Positions 1 to 11,638 of a stretch of DNA of 64,000 bases are shown one piece after another. The stretch is from Oopsacas minuta. Taxonomy: Eukaryota > Animalia > Porifera. Positions within the stretch are counted from its first letter, which is position 1. Every line of letters begins with the position of its first letter. The DNA is taken from contig JAKMXF010000365.1 of the NCBI GenBank assembly GCA_024704765.1, positions 1 to 64,000 of the forward strand, written 5' to 3'. The notes beneath the pieces are model-generated. The model saw nothing but the letters and a program-made list of their open reading frames with translations, had not been told where the DNA came from and ran no database searches. The position numbers were made by a program, and so were the translations under genes.

Positions 1-5
1 CCCCC

Positions 6-199
6 GGTTCACCCTTTTCAGCTAGAATCCAATCAAACGCCATCCGCCTACATTCATCTACTTGAAATAACCTTTAAGTCCTCCTCTATGGTTCAGTTCA
101 TAACTAATCAAGTCAACACTCCGATCAGCTAGTCAACTAGCACAGAAATCCACACAGCCGTCCCCTTGGTTCACCCTTTTCAGCTAGAATCCAATCAAA
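6..199. repeat. 32-bp exact direct repeat (6-37 and 168-199)
   Basis: GGTTCACCCTTTTCAGCTAGAATCCAATCAAA occurs twice, 162 bp apart. Confidence 0.8.
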
Positions 200-1210
200 G
201 TCTCGCTTGATTTGAATAAATGAGTGACATAACTGATCCAAGAAAGATCTCTCCACTTTGTACATGTTCTGATTCTCCTTGACTGATTTGTGCGCCTTTA
301 GTTACTTGTGAGCTAGAATCTAACAAACATCTCTAACATGAATGCTACACGAGTAGTTGGAATTATTATGTGGTAATGGTACGGAGTTAACCGTTGTAAC
401 GTAACTTGATACGAACTAGAGTCTAATTCATATCTAGTTGATATTAAGATGTTCTAGTTACGAGGCCATCCATGTAGTAGTGTAGTAAGTAGTCTTAATA
501 GTTTGTTCAAAACAATTTTCTAAAGGTAATTACGAAAAGTGGAACTCGGGGAAAACAGTACACCTAGGGAAACAATATTTTCAGTACTATCCGAGTGTAC
601 GTCTTATCCAAATATGGATTTAATTAGAATGGATGGAAACAAATTTTAGACACAAATTAACTAGCAAGTTTGCAACCGAATAATACTGTATTTGGAGAAT
701 AGTTCAATATTAGATTGCAAACCGAAAATCAGTAACCTGTTGGGTTGCTATTCATAATACTGATATTCGGTTCAATCGATATCAGCCTTGTAAATTAGTA
801 ATAAATGTGGGCACAAGTACATGCATAAGATAATAGTTAGAAGTGTTCACTCAAAGAATTATGGTAAATTTCTGTGAGAAGAAAATCCCAGAAGAATATA
901 ATAGAATGTTATCCATTAAGAACTGAATAATTATGGAATAATTAATCAAAGACATTTATTACTAAATAAATACAAATCAAACAAACCTTAAAATCTGTTT
1001 CTGCTATCGCTATAAACTGAACAAACAAGTCAAAATACAAAGATAATTACGTACTTTTGCTCAGTGATAGATTGAGGTTCCGAGCTGAATAGAAATCTAA
1101 TTCTGCATATTACTGAATCGTTATGGAAAGTTAAGATATATATCATATAATTAAACATATTTGTATCTCTATAATTAGAACTATTGTATCGCTAATTATA
1201 CTATTTAATA

Positions 1211-1316
1211 AAGAACCAGAAGAGAACATTTTATTATGGCATGGCTATACACCAGTGGGCACACGATTACACTGGTGTGCACGCGTGCACACCAAGCACG
1301 TCCATAAACTGCAACA
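1211..1316. repeat. Dispersed ~105-bp module containing a perfect 22-bp palindrome (copy 1 of 3)
   Basis: AAGAACCAGAAGAGAACATTTT...TGGTGTGCACGCGTGCACACCA...AACTGCAACA. The palindrome is at 1273-1294, with further copies at 1717-1738 and 3783-3804. Confidence 0.85.
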
Positions 1317-1337
1317 CTCATATTAAACACAACACGA

Positions 1338-2027
1338 ATTATTTAATTCTTCCATAGAGTCTCAGGAATCTTCATCTATACAGCAGAAAAACAATCCTGC
1401 AAAGAGGAAAGTTGATGGCTGTAAGATTGACTCTAAACAAACATCTTCACCTTCTTGCACATTACGAAGTAGCAAGACTAAGCTATTTTACTTTCTCCCT
1501 GTCTCGACGTGTCCTAAACAGAAAGATAAACTGAACAGCCATATCTTCATCAATACAAAGGATGCTAAAAAATTACAATGTTGATAACAATGATATAATA
1601 ATGATAATTAATGCACTGCAACATATTTATTATGTTTAATTATATTATTTAACAAAGAACCAGAAGAGAACATTTTATTATGGCATGGCTATACACCAGT
1701 GTGCACACGATTACCCTGGTGTGCACGCGTGCACACCAAGCACGTCCATAAACTGCAACAGTTACACTAAAGTAATTGTACTCACTCATTACACTTAACA
1801 CAATACTAAACTCACTCAAAAATGGGTGTTCAGTTTATCTTTATTTTTACGCGACGTAGAGACAGGGAGAGAGTAAAATAGCTTAGTCTTGCTACTCCGT
1901 GTTGTGCAAGCAGGTGAAGATGTTTGTATAGAGTCAATCTTACAGCGATCAACTTTCCTCTTTGCAGGATTGTTTTTCTGCTGTATTGATGAACATTCCT
2001 GAGACTCTATGGAAGAATTAAATAATT
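1338..2027. repeat. ~200-bp imperfect inverted repeat with ~280-bp loop (foldback/MITE-like), copy 1
   Basis: 1338-1541 (ATTATTTAATTCTTCCATAGAGTCTCAGG...) is the imperfect reverse complement of 1822-2027 (...CCTGAGACTCTATGGAAGAATTAAATAAT). Confidence 0.85.
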
Positions 2028-2375
2028 ATACCACCTTGACTTTGAAATCTATTTGTTAATACATATGTATTTCACTATAAGGATACTGCTTTGATCAATC
2101 GAGTATCTAATTAACTGATGAGGTAAATTATTCAATGTGATACAGGTTAGGGATGTCTAAAGTGTCTATAGGATATATACACACTGTAAACGAGGTGGTT
2201 AGTTGTCCCTTTAAATCAGAATCTAAATTCACATCATGGACGATATTCGAAGCACCAAGCTTCAAAATAAGTACTAGACAAGTAAAAATTTTATGATTTA
2301 TACACTTGAAACATCAAAATGAAAAATTCGAAATCAAATGCCACGCCCCCTGAAAAGATCCTGACGCCCCCCTGG

Positions 2376-2650
2376 TTAAGAACCCCTGCTGCAGCAGTTG
2401 AGTCGAGTTACCTCCTCATAATTTTGAGAAATACCTGAATTGAGTTCAGTTGATGCTCTCATCTCTCTCTCTTGAAGCAAGTTCGCATTAGCTCGTAACT
2501 CAACCAGTTCTTTATCCATACTGTCATTATCCAACAGTAGTTTCTCTTTGAGGCAGAATAGCTTATTAGGAGTTTTGAAGAGTAGATAAATTTCGTTATT
2601 AGGTTCAGAAATTTTCTCTCTCTCTTCTTTCTCAACATCTTCAACTTTTA
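2376..2650 (-). pseudogene. 3' fragment of the HOOK-like gene (third copy), ending at a hAT-like terminus
   Basis: Matches the 3' end of ORF 4421-6034 (KVEDVEKEERE...EEVTRLNCCSRGS*) but carries ~100 nt absent from that copy. Its upstream side is replaced by the 16-bp satellite. Confidence 0.7.
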
Positions 2651-3289
2651 GTCGTATGTCCCTTTAGTTAGATGCCCCGTTAGTTAGATATCCTTGTAGT
2701 TACATGTCCCGTTAGTTAGATGTCCCGTTAGTTAGATGTCCCGTTAGTTACATGTGCCATTAGTTACATGTCCCATTAGTTCCATGTCCCATTAGTTACA
2801 TGTCCCAGTAGTTACATCTCCCTCTAGTTACATCTCCCTTTAGTTACATGTCCCGTTAGTAACATGTCCCATTAGTTACATCTCCCTTTAGTTAGATGTC
2901 CCGTTAGTTACATGTCCCGTTAGTTACATGTCCCATTAGTTACATCTCCCTTTAGTTAGATGTCCCGTTAGTTACATGTCCCATTAGTTACATCTCCCTT
3001 TAGTTAGATGTCCCGTTAGTTAGATGTCCCATTAGTTACATGTCCCATTAGTTACATGTCCCATTAGTTACATCTCCCTTTAGTTAGATGTCCCGTTAGT
3101 TAGATGTCCCGTTAGTTACATGTCCCATTAGTTACATCTCCCTTTAGTTAGATGTCCCGTTAGTTACATGTCCCATTAGTTACATGTCCCATTAGCTACA
3201 TCTCCCTTTAGTTACATGTCCAATTAGTTACATGCTCCATTAGTTACATGTCCCATTAGTTACATGTCCCTTTAGTCGTATGTCCCGTT
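2649..3289 (+). repeat. 16-bp tandem satellite array A (TAGTTACATGTCCC[G/A/T]T), ~40 units
   Basis: 16-bp period visible directly. Confidence 0.95.
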
Positions 3290-3290
3290 C

Positions 3291-3400
3291 TCTGAGCCGT
3301 CAATTATCAGAATTGTATAGAGTTAGTCCAGATAAATAAATTTAAAACTAATCAATGATTTGTCATTATATTAATTAAGGATTCTCATATTAAACACAAC
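3291..3400. repeat. ~110-bp satellite-flanking linker module
   Basis: TCTGAGC..AATTATCAGAATTGTA..GAGTTAGTCCAGATAAATAA..TTTAAAACTAATCAATGATT. Inverted copy at ~12840-12950; partial copies at ~6942-7010 (+) and ~9237-9304 (-). Confidence 0.85.
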
Positions 3401-3404
3401 ACGA

Positions 3405-4093
3405 ATTATTTAATTCTTCCATAGAGTCTCAGGAATCTTCATCTATACAGCAGAAAAACAATCCTGCAAAGAGGAAAGTTGATGGCTGTAAGATTGACTC
3501 TAAACAAACATCTTCACCTTCTTGCACATTACGAAGTAGCAAGACTAAGCTATTTACTTTCTCCCTGTCTCGACGTGTCCTAAACAGAAAGATAAACTGA
3601 ACAGCCATATCTTCATCAATACAAAGGATGCTAAAAAATTACAATGTTGATAACAATGATATAATAATGATAATTAATGCACTGCAACATATTTATTATG
3701 TTTAATTATATTATTTAACAAAGAACCAGAAGAGAACATTTTATTATGGCATGGCTATACACCAGTGTGCACACGATTACCCTGGTGTGCACGCGTGCAC
3801 ACCAAGCACGTCCATAAACTGCAACAGTTACACTAAAGTAATTGTACTCACTCATTACACTTAACACAATACTAAACTCACTCAAAAATGGATGTTCAGT
3901 TTATCTTTCTTTTTACGCGACGTAGAGACTGGGAGAGAGTAAAATAGCCTAGTCTCACTACTCCGTAATGCGCAAGCAGGTGAAGATGTTTGTATAGAGT
4001 CAATCTTACAGCGATCAACTTTCCTCTTTGCAGGATTGTTTTTCTGCTGTATTGATGAACATTCCTGAGACTCTATGGAAGAATTAAATAATT
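3405..4093. repeat. ~200-bp inverted repeat hairpin, copy 2
   Basis: Duplicate of 1338-2027 within the direct duplication. Confidence 0.85.
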
Positions 4094-4409
4094 ATATCAC
4101 CTTGACTTTGAAATCTATTTGTTAATACATATGTATTTCACTATAAGGATACTGCTTTGATCAATCGAGTATCTAATTAACTGATGAGGTAAATTATTCA
4201 ATGTGATACAGGTTAGGGATGTCTAAAGTGTCTATAGGATATATACACACTGTAAACGAGGTGGTTAGTTGTCCCTTTAAATCAGAATCTAAATTCACAT
4301 CATGGACGATATTCGAAGCACCAAGCTTCAAAATAAGTACTAGACAAGTAAAAATTTAGTGATTTATACACTTGAAACATCAAAATGAAAAATTCGAAAT
4401 CAAATGCCA

Positions 4410-4433
4410 CGCCCCCCTGGTTAAGAACCCCTG
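4410..4433 (-). mobile_element. hAT-like terminal inverted repeat (solo end); second copy ends at 2388
   Basis: The minus strand reads CAGGGGTTCTTAACCAGGGGGG, matching the CAGGGGTTCT(C/T)AACC start typical of hAT elements. No partner end or TSD found in the window. Confidence 0.5.
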
Positions 4434-6034
4434 CTGCAGCAGTTGAGTCGAGTTACCTCCTCATAATTTTGGGAAATACCTGAATTGAGTTCAGTTGATG
4501 CTCTCATCTCTCTCTCTTTCAGCCGGGATAGCATATTAGGAGTTTCTCTCTCTTCTTTCTCAACATCTTCCACCTTTGAGTTCTTTAGAGCAGAGAGATC
4601 TGCCTCCCACTGAACTAATCTCTCTCTGACTAATTCCAATTCTTCCTGTAAAACCTGTTTTTCTTGTCCAAGTAATTGTACAGAAGCTTGGTATCCCATG
4701 TTAGTTCTTTCTAGAATAGTTTTCTCTGATTGCAGTTGGAACATTTTATCTTTCACAGAAGTTAATTCGAGTTGTAACTTTTCAACATTCATTATTAATG
4801 TTTGGTTTCCCTTAGCAGTGCTAGCTAGCTCATCGGCCATGTCTTGGAGATTCTCGCATTTATCTTTGTAACCAATGAGGGCAGTAACATCCTTCTTGAG
4901 TGATTGATTTTCCCTTTCTAAAGATTGATTTTCCCTTTCTAAAGATTGATTTTCCCTTTCTAAAGATTGAACCTGATCGCATAATGAAACTCTCTCATTG
5001 AGTAGGTCATCACATTGATTATATTTCTCACTCATTTTTTTACAAGTTAATTCAGACTCAGTTAACTGTTCAATTTTTTCAATCAATTCGGTCTCGGTCT
5101 CTTGACAATAATTTCTGAGTATGTGTAACTCTTCTTGTTGCTGATTGATTTTGTGTTGTAACTGATCCAGTTGATTGATTTTAGCGGGTGTTGGACGAGT
5201 GAAGTCAGGACGCTTTAGAGAGTAATTTATGTCTGGTCGGTTTATACATTTCTGGACTGCTGGAGAGTCAAATCCGTAATATCTGCTCGTTACACCGAAT
5301 AAACTTTCCTGTTTCTGATAATCTTCGTTTGCAGGGGATTCGTATAGAGGGGAAACTTTTTGTAAGACAGGAGTTTCCAGTGTGAATGGGTTAGGAGATG
5401 CTTGAAGTGATGGGGTTACCGTGTTTGTGATATCAGGTGACTCTGTTATCATAAATTTATCTATTTCTTCAACCTTTTGGTCTGTTTCAGGTGTCTCTTC
5501 AGTCTCTAGGTCTAGATTTGTGACTAAATCACGAATAGCTTCTATCTGTTTTCTGCCAGGTGTTTGGAACATGTCTTCAATTAAATTTCCAAGACAAACC
5601 TGGACCTCAATATCCAAATTCAGGATTCCCTTAATTATAAGTTCATTTGGTTTCTGCTGTACAAGGTATGCCAAGAAAATAAGTAACAACTTTACTAATT
5701 CATGCTCATTCCCAGATATCAGGTCTGGGAGAGAAATAGCTTGTTCTAGTGGGATTCGGAAAAATTCAGAAAATATAGCAAGTATTTTGGTGAAAGTATA
5801 CTCAAGAGATTTCACATTTTGAATATCTGAATCTTCCTGACATAGAGTACAAGGTAGAGCAGTCTTATCAGCTGTAGCAAATATCATGTAATCAATTAGT
5901 AGTGTTGAATCTGAGAGATCAGTGATAGAAGAGAGCTCAGATTTTATGCTTTCAAAGGAATTGATCCAACTCAAAAGGCTTCTGTACCATTTGAGGGGTT
6001 GGAGAGGATTGGGGTCTGCAATAGAATCTGACAT
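4421..6034 (-). CDS. HOOK/NuMA/Girdin-type N-terminal calponin-homology domain + coiled-coil protein, intronless, C-terminally truncated (537 aa)
   Basis: SLLSWINSF..ITDLSDSTLL..PDLISGNEHELVKLLLIFLAY..ILNLDIEVQ resembles the Hook/NuMA N-terminal CH domain as recalled, followed by heptad coiled coil. LERENQS is triplicated (21-bp repeat). The stop codon lies inside the hAT-like terminus. Confidence 0.7.
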   Translation of the reverse strand: MSDSIADPNPLQPLKWYRSLLSWINSFESIKSELSSITDLSDSTLLIDYMIFATADKTALPCTLCQEDSDIQNVKSLEYTFTKILAIFSEFFRIPLEQAISLPDLISGNEHELVKLLLIFLAYLVQQKPNELIIKGILNLDIEVQVCLGNLIEDMFQTPGRKQIEAIRDLVTNLDLETEETPETDQKVEEIDKFMITESPDITNTVTPSLQASPNPFTLETPVLQKVSPLYESPANEDYQKQESLFGVTSRYYGFDSPAVQKCINRPDINYSLKRPDFTRPTPAKINQLDQLQHKINQQQEELHILRNYCQETETELIEKIEQLTESELTCKKMSEKYNQCDDLLNERVSLCDQVQSLERENQSLERENQSLERENQSLKKDVTALIGYKDKCENLQDMADELASTAKGNQTLIMNVEKLQLELTSVKDKMFQLQSEKTILERTNMGYQASVQLLGQEKQVLQEELELVRERLVQWEADLSALKNSKVEDVEKEERETPNMLSRLKEREMRASTELNSGISQNYEEVTRLNCCSRGS

Positions 6035-9000
6035 TACACAATTGCTACAAAATCAACGAATTAGAAATTGTAAGGGCAGCATCCGGACAGAACATATCCA
6101 TTATAAATAAATCAAATAGTAATCATGCAAGGATGTACCGTGCGATGGAGTTACTCATGACTCGTGAGTCGGAGTTCGGAATGAACGACTTGCGATAAGC
6201 GATAAAATTAATTAATTGATTATTACATTCGCCAAAAAGACAATGACTTAGGCATGATGACTCGAGTCATTGAGTTGCTCATGATTTGTGACAATTTCCT
6301 GTCACAAGTCTTTTCAATGACTTGTGAAATATTATGAAAAACCAAGGGCGTGAAGTGTGTTAAAAATGAGGGCGCAGCATTGAATGCATGTGCTGCACAG
6401 TAGCCCTGAGTATTGACTATTGGCAGAATAGGTGTGGCGCCCGGTTTGAGCGAGAAAATGGGAATCTACTGATATCCTCGTACTGTACGTGTAAATGTCA
6501 TCAACGAGATGATTAGCGACTTTTACCAGTGGCGGCATGCTCTGCGTATTTGGCCACGTGTAGTAAACGGTAGTTATCCCCACAAAATAACAGTATACTT
6601 ATACAAATACACGTACTACTATGAAAGAAGTTGTGTAGAACTTCGATCTAGAGCAATGCAAGGAATTATTTAGGACACAGGAAACCACTCTATGCATATA
6701 ATTTTAGGAGCAAGAAAATTGAGAATCTTTCCCTATAGTAACACTAATTTCCTGGTTTAGGCGTATGAAAAGTTGAAAGGAGAGCAAGGAACATACTTCG
6801 ATGACATGTATAATCATCTCCATGATGCAATAAGTGTAGAATTACCATGTTTAATCGTATAGATGGATAGTATTTCCTTCCAGTTATCAAAATAATTAAC
6901 GGAAAATAGCTTACAAATCTACTACAGAGTGACTACGTATCTGAGCAGTAAATTATCAGAATTGTAAAGAGTTAGTCCAAATAAATAAGTTTAAAACTAA
7001 TCAATGATTGAATAATAATTCTATAATTAGAAATTGTGTAAGTAAATTTTACAAGAATTATAATTATATTTATAACTAGTAGGACCCAACCTCATTTTTC
7101 TCTCGACTTTTCTGTGTACTCAAGTTAACAAATATCTTTGATAAAACAAAATAATTATTTCAAATCAATCTACAGGAGCTATCAAATTCATAGTTTCATG
7201 ACTTATATACTTGATTTCAATCAATGCTGGTCGTCCAAACAGTGAGGGCATATCTCAATTCTATTGATAGGTTTCTGCCTAGTATTTAAATATCCTTCAG
7301 ATGATGTTGTCAATGCAGTAATAACTCTGTTAAAAATCCTATGTAGAATCGAACAGGACAATCGACTGATGAGACAATTTCTTGTTGGTAACAGTAAAAC
7401 TAAACTTAATCAACTCTCAATTTGGAGGATAGAATTTGAGAATTTTGATTTCTGGAGATTTGAGTGCTTGTCAAACACCATTCCATTGTTATCTCAGCGA
7501 AATACTATCTGCCACCAGCAATTGCTTATCGAAGAATAAAGTTCTCAATCTAGACTCGAAAAGGAACTTGGAATAATGCCGTGGTGAATTAAAGAGGAAA
7601 CTACCAAAGTTACAGTCTGAATGGTGCTTGTATTTCTAGTACATATGTGTATTGTATTCATAATATTCAAATACAGTTTGTTTCTAGTTATTGTAGTAGT
7701 TATAGTGATAAATAATAATCACCACTATCCATCTCTATTCTATAATATTCAATGTAGACTATAATTATTGTCATTTCATCATGTATCACTATTGTTGATA
7801 TCTTACTATAGGAAATTAACCCTCCATGACTGTTAATACTACACCATATATTGTAATTGGGTTTATACACAATTCTTACCATTTCTTTTCTGGTAATTCA
7901 CTATACTTCCTCACAGAGAATATACTCCTGAAATTCATGATCAACTTCTGGAAGCAAAACTCGATGAATCCCCGTCAAGAGCGACTGTGTTTAGATGGTA
8001 TCAAAAGTTTAATGAGGAGGGACTTTCTTTAAAGGACGATCCCAGAGTGGGTCGCCCTCCTTCCTCGACAGACGACGTCCATATTCATCAAATTCGTCCA
8101 TTAATTGAAGCTGAACCTAAATAGTCAGTTCGAATACTAGCTGATGCAACTGAGATTAGTAGAGAATCGGTTAGACGCATCCTAGTTGAGGTACTGGGGT
8201 TAAGAAAGGTCTGCTCTGTCTGGGTCCCACACCTGCTTTCTAAGGCTAACATGGACTCTAGGGTGGTCTGTGCTCAAGAAATCGTCGAGATGATTGATAA
8301 ATACTCAATGGCCGAACTTCTAAGGTGTTGGGCTACTGAGGATGAGAGATGGGTGTTCTTTGATCCTCATCTAACAAAGGCAGAGAACAAAACATGGCTG
8401 GCCCCTGATCAGAAGCGTCCTCGAGTTGTCCGACCTCAACTGACAAATCGTAAGGCATTAATCATCTTGGCATTTACTGGTGATAGTAAATTCAGCGTTG
8501 CTCTCCCACCCCCAAAGGGACAATAAATGCAGAGGTATATATTGACTTTATTCAATCCACTGGAGAAAGATGGCGTAAACTTCACTCAAATCCAACAAAA
8601 CTTTGTGAATTATGGGGGCAACATGACTACACTCGACCCCATACTGCTAGAGCCACAATGGAATACCTTAAAAGGAGGGATATGATGTGAATTAAAGAAT
8701 CGCCATACAGCCCAGACTTGAATCAGTGAGATAGGTGAGTATTCAAGGAGATTAAAAAGCATCTACGGCAAGATGAATATTCTAGTGCAGAAGAAATCCA
8801 AAAGAAAACGCTGCAATTCATGAGACAGCTGACAGCAGAACGTTTCCCACTGGAAATTCAAAGATTTTATAGACATTGTAAGTCTGTGATTGAATGCATG
8901 GGGGATTACGTTTCATAAATCCAAAATGGGAACTTATTAACAATACGAAACCAATTAAATACTAGGCAGAAACCTATCAATAGAATTGAGATATGCCCTC

Positions 9001-11625
9001 ACTGTTTGGACGACCAGCATTGATTGAAGTCAAGTATATAAGTCATGAAACTATGAATTTGATAGCTCCTGTAGATTGATTTGAAATAATTATTTTGTTT
9101 TATCAAAGATATTTGTTAACTTGAGTACACAGAAAAGTCGAGAGAAAAATGAGGTTGGGTCCTACTAGTTATAAATATAATTATAATTCTTGTAAAATTT
9201 ACTTACACAATTTCTAATTATAGAATTATTATTCAATCATTGATTAGTTTTAAACTTATTTATTTGGACTAACTCTTTACAATTCTGATAATTTACTGCT
9301 CAGATACGTAGTCACTCTGTAGTAGATTTGTAAGCTATTTTCCGTTAATTATTTTGATAACTGGAAGGAAATACTATCCATCTATACGATTAAACATGGT
9401 AATTCTACACTTATTGCATCATGGAGATGATTATACATGTCATCGAAGTATGTTCTTTGCTCTCCTTTCAACTTTTCATACGCCTAAACCAGGAAATTAG
9501 TGTTACTATAGGGAAAGATTCTCAATTTTCTTGCTCCTAAAATTATATGCATAGAGTGGTTTCCTGTGTCCTAAATAATTCCTTGCATTGCTCTAGATCG
9601 AAGTTCTACACAACTTCTTTCATAGTAGTACGTGTATTTGTATAAGTATACTGTTATTTTGTGGGGATAACTACCGTTTACTACACGTGGCCAAATACGC
9701 AGAGCATGCCGCCACTGGTAAAAGTCGCTAATCATCTCGTTGATGACATTTACACGTACAGTACGAGGATATCAGTAGATTCCCATTTTTCTCGCTCAAC
9801 CCGGGCGCCACACCTATTCTGCCAATAGTCAATACTCAGGGCTACTGTGCAGCACATGCATTCAATGCTGCGCCCTCATTTTTAACACACTTCACGCCCT
9901 TGGTTTTTCATAATATTTCACAAGTCATTGAAAAGACTTGTGACAGGAAATTGTCACAAATCATGAGCAACTCAATGACTCGAGTCATCATGCCTAAGTC
10001 ATTGTCTTTTTGGCGAATGTAATAATCAATTAATTAATTTTATCGCTTATCGCAAGTCGTTCATTCCGAACTCCGACTCACGGGTCATGAGTAACTCCAT
10101 CGCACGGTACATCCTTGCATGATTACTATTTGATTTATTTATAATGGATATGTTCTGTCCGGATGCTGCCCTTACAATTTCTAATTCGTTGATTTTGTAG
10201 CAATTGTGTAATGTCAGATTCTATTGCAGACCCCAATCCTCTCCAACCCCTGAAATGTTCCCGAAGCCTTTTGAGTTGGATCAATTCCTTTGAAAGCATA
10301 AAATCTGAGCTCTCTTCTATCACTGATCTCTCAGATTCAACACTACTAATTGATTGCATGATATTTGCTACAGCTGATAAGACTGCTCTACCTTGTACTC
10401 TATTTCAGGAATATTCAGATATTCAAAATGTGAAATCTCATGAGTATACTTTCAGCAAAATACTTGCTGTATTTTCTGAATTTTTCCGAATCCCACTAGA
10501 ACAAGCTATTTCTCTCCCAGACCTGTTATCTGGGAATGAGCATGAATTAATAAAGTTGTTACTCATTTTCTTGGCCTACGCTGTACAGCAGAAACCGAAT
10601 GAACTTATAATTCAGGGAATCCTGAATTTGGATATTGAGGTCCAGGTTTGTCTTCTAAAATTATTTGAATACATGTTCCAAATACTTGACAGAAAACAGA
10701 TAGAAGCTGTTCATGACTTAGTCACAAATCTAGACCTAGAGACTGAAGAGACACCTGAAACAGACCAAAAGGTTGAAGAAATAGATAAATTTATGATGAC
10801 AGAATCACCTGATATCACAAACACAGTAACCCCACCACTTCAAGCATCTCCTAACCTACTCACACTGGAAACTCCTGTCTTACAAAAAGTTCCCCCTCTA
10901 TACGAATCCCCTGCAAACGAAGATTATCAGAAACAGGAAAGTTTATTCGGTGTAACGAGCAGATATTACGGATTTGACTCTCCAGCAGCCTTGAAATGGA
11001 TAAACCGACTGGAGATAAAACACCCTCTAAAGCGTCCTGACTTCACTCGTCCAACACCCGCTAAAATCAATCAACTGCATCAGTTACAACACAAAATCAA
11101 TCAGCAACAAGAAGAGTTCCACATACTCAGAAATTTCTGTCAAGAGACAGAGACCGAATTGATTGAAAAAATTAAACAGTTAGCTGAGTCTGAATTAACT
11201 TGTAAAGAAATGAGTGAGAAATATAATCAATGTGATGACCTACTCGGTGAGAGAGTTTCATTATGCGATCAGGTTCATTCTTTAGAAAGGGAAAAGCAAT
11301 CACTCAAGAAGGATGTTACTGCCCTCATTGGTTACAAAGATAAATGCGAGAATCTCCAAGACATGGCCGATGAGCTAGCTAGCACTGCTAAGGGAAACCA
11401 AACATTAATAATGAATGCTGAAAAGTTACAACTCGAATTAACTTCTGAGAAAGATAAAATGTTCCAGCTTGAATCAGAGAAAACTATTCTAGAAAGAACT
11501 AACATGGGATACCAAGCTTCTGTACAATTACTTGGACAAGAAAAACAGGTTATACAGGAAGAATTGGAATTAGTCAGAGAGAGATTAGTTCAGCTGGAGG
11601 GAGATATCTCTGCTCTAAAGAAATT
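4570..11625. repeat. Large inverted duplication: arms ~4570-7291 and ~8955-11625, spacer ~1.66 kb
   Basis: Arms are reverse complements (e.g. 7261-7291 CTATTGATAGGTTTCTGCCTAGTATTTAA vs 8956-8985 TTAAATACTAGGCAGAAACCTATCAATAG). Each arm includes the gene and ~1.2 kb of upstream DNA. Confidence 0.95.
7895..8918 (+). mobile_element. Inactive mariner (DD34D-type) transposase pseudogene
   Basis: Translation gives HTH ATVFRWYQKF..LKDDPRVGRP, WVPHLL, TEDERWVFFD, QHDYTRPH, SPYSPDLNQ*D and C-terminal CKSVIECMGDYVS*. It has several in-frame stops and a frameshift near 8520. Confidence 0.9.
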
Positions 11626-11629
11626 TTGA
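10211..11629 (+). CDS. Second, inverted copy of the HOOK/NuMA-type CH + coiled-coil protein, truncated (472 aa)
   Basis: Paralogous to 4421-6034 with many amino-acid changes. Homology stops at ...ALK and the ORF ends KKF* just before a 13-bp satellite. Confidence 0.7.
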   Translation: MSDSIADPNPLQPLKCSRSLLSWINSFESIKSELSSITDLSDSTLLIDCMIFATADKTALPCTLFQEYSDIQNVKSHEYTFSKILAVFSEFFRIPLEQAISLPDLLSGNEHELIKLLLIFLAYAVQQKPNELIIQGILNLDIEVQVCLLKLFEYMFQILDRKQIEAVHDLVTNLDLETEETPETDQKVEEIDKFMMTESPDITNTVTPPLQASPNLLTLETPVLQKVPPLYESPANEDYQKQESLFGVTSRYYGFDSPAALKWINRLEIKHPLKRPDFTRPTPAKINQLHQLQHKINQQQEEFHILRNFCQETETELIEKIKQLAESELTCKEMSEKYNQCDDLLGERVSLCDQVHSLEREKQSLKKDVTALIGYKDKCENLQDMADELASTAKGNQTLIMNAEKLQLELTSEKDKMFQLESEKTILERTNMGYQASVQLLGQEKQVIQEELELVRERLVQLEGDISALKKF

Positions 11630-11638
11630 CTGAATTAT

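Larger units (their letters stand above)
1317..4517. repeat. Direct segmental duplication: ~1317-2470 repeated at ~3384-4517
   Basis: Near-identical sequence from CTCATATTAAACACAACACG through ...GTTGATGCTCTCATCTCTCTCTC at an offset of about 2.07 kb. Copy 1 has a 22-bp insertion near 2350. Confidence 0.9.

Noticed and set aside
5421-10359. Antisense or overlapping ORFs 5421-5822, 5922-6110, 6332-6583, 7264-7539 and 10135-10359
   Set aside because: Shadows of the HOOK-like genes or alternative-start ORFs with no protein-like features.
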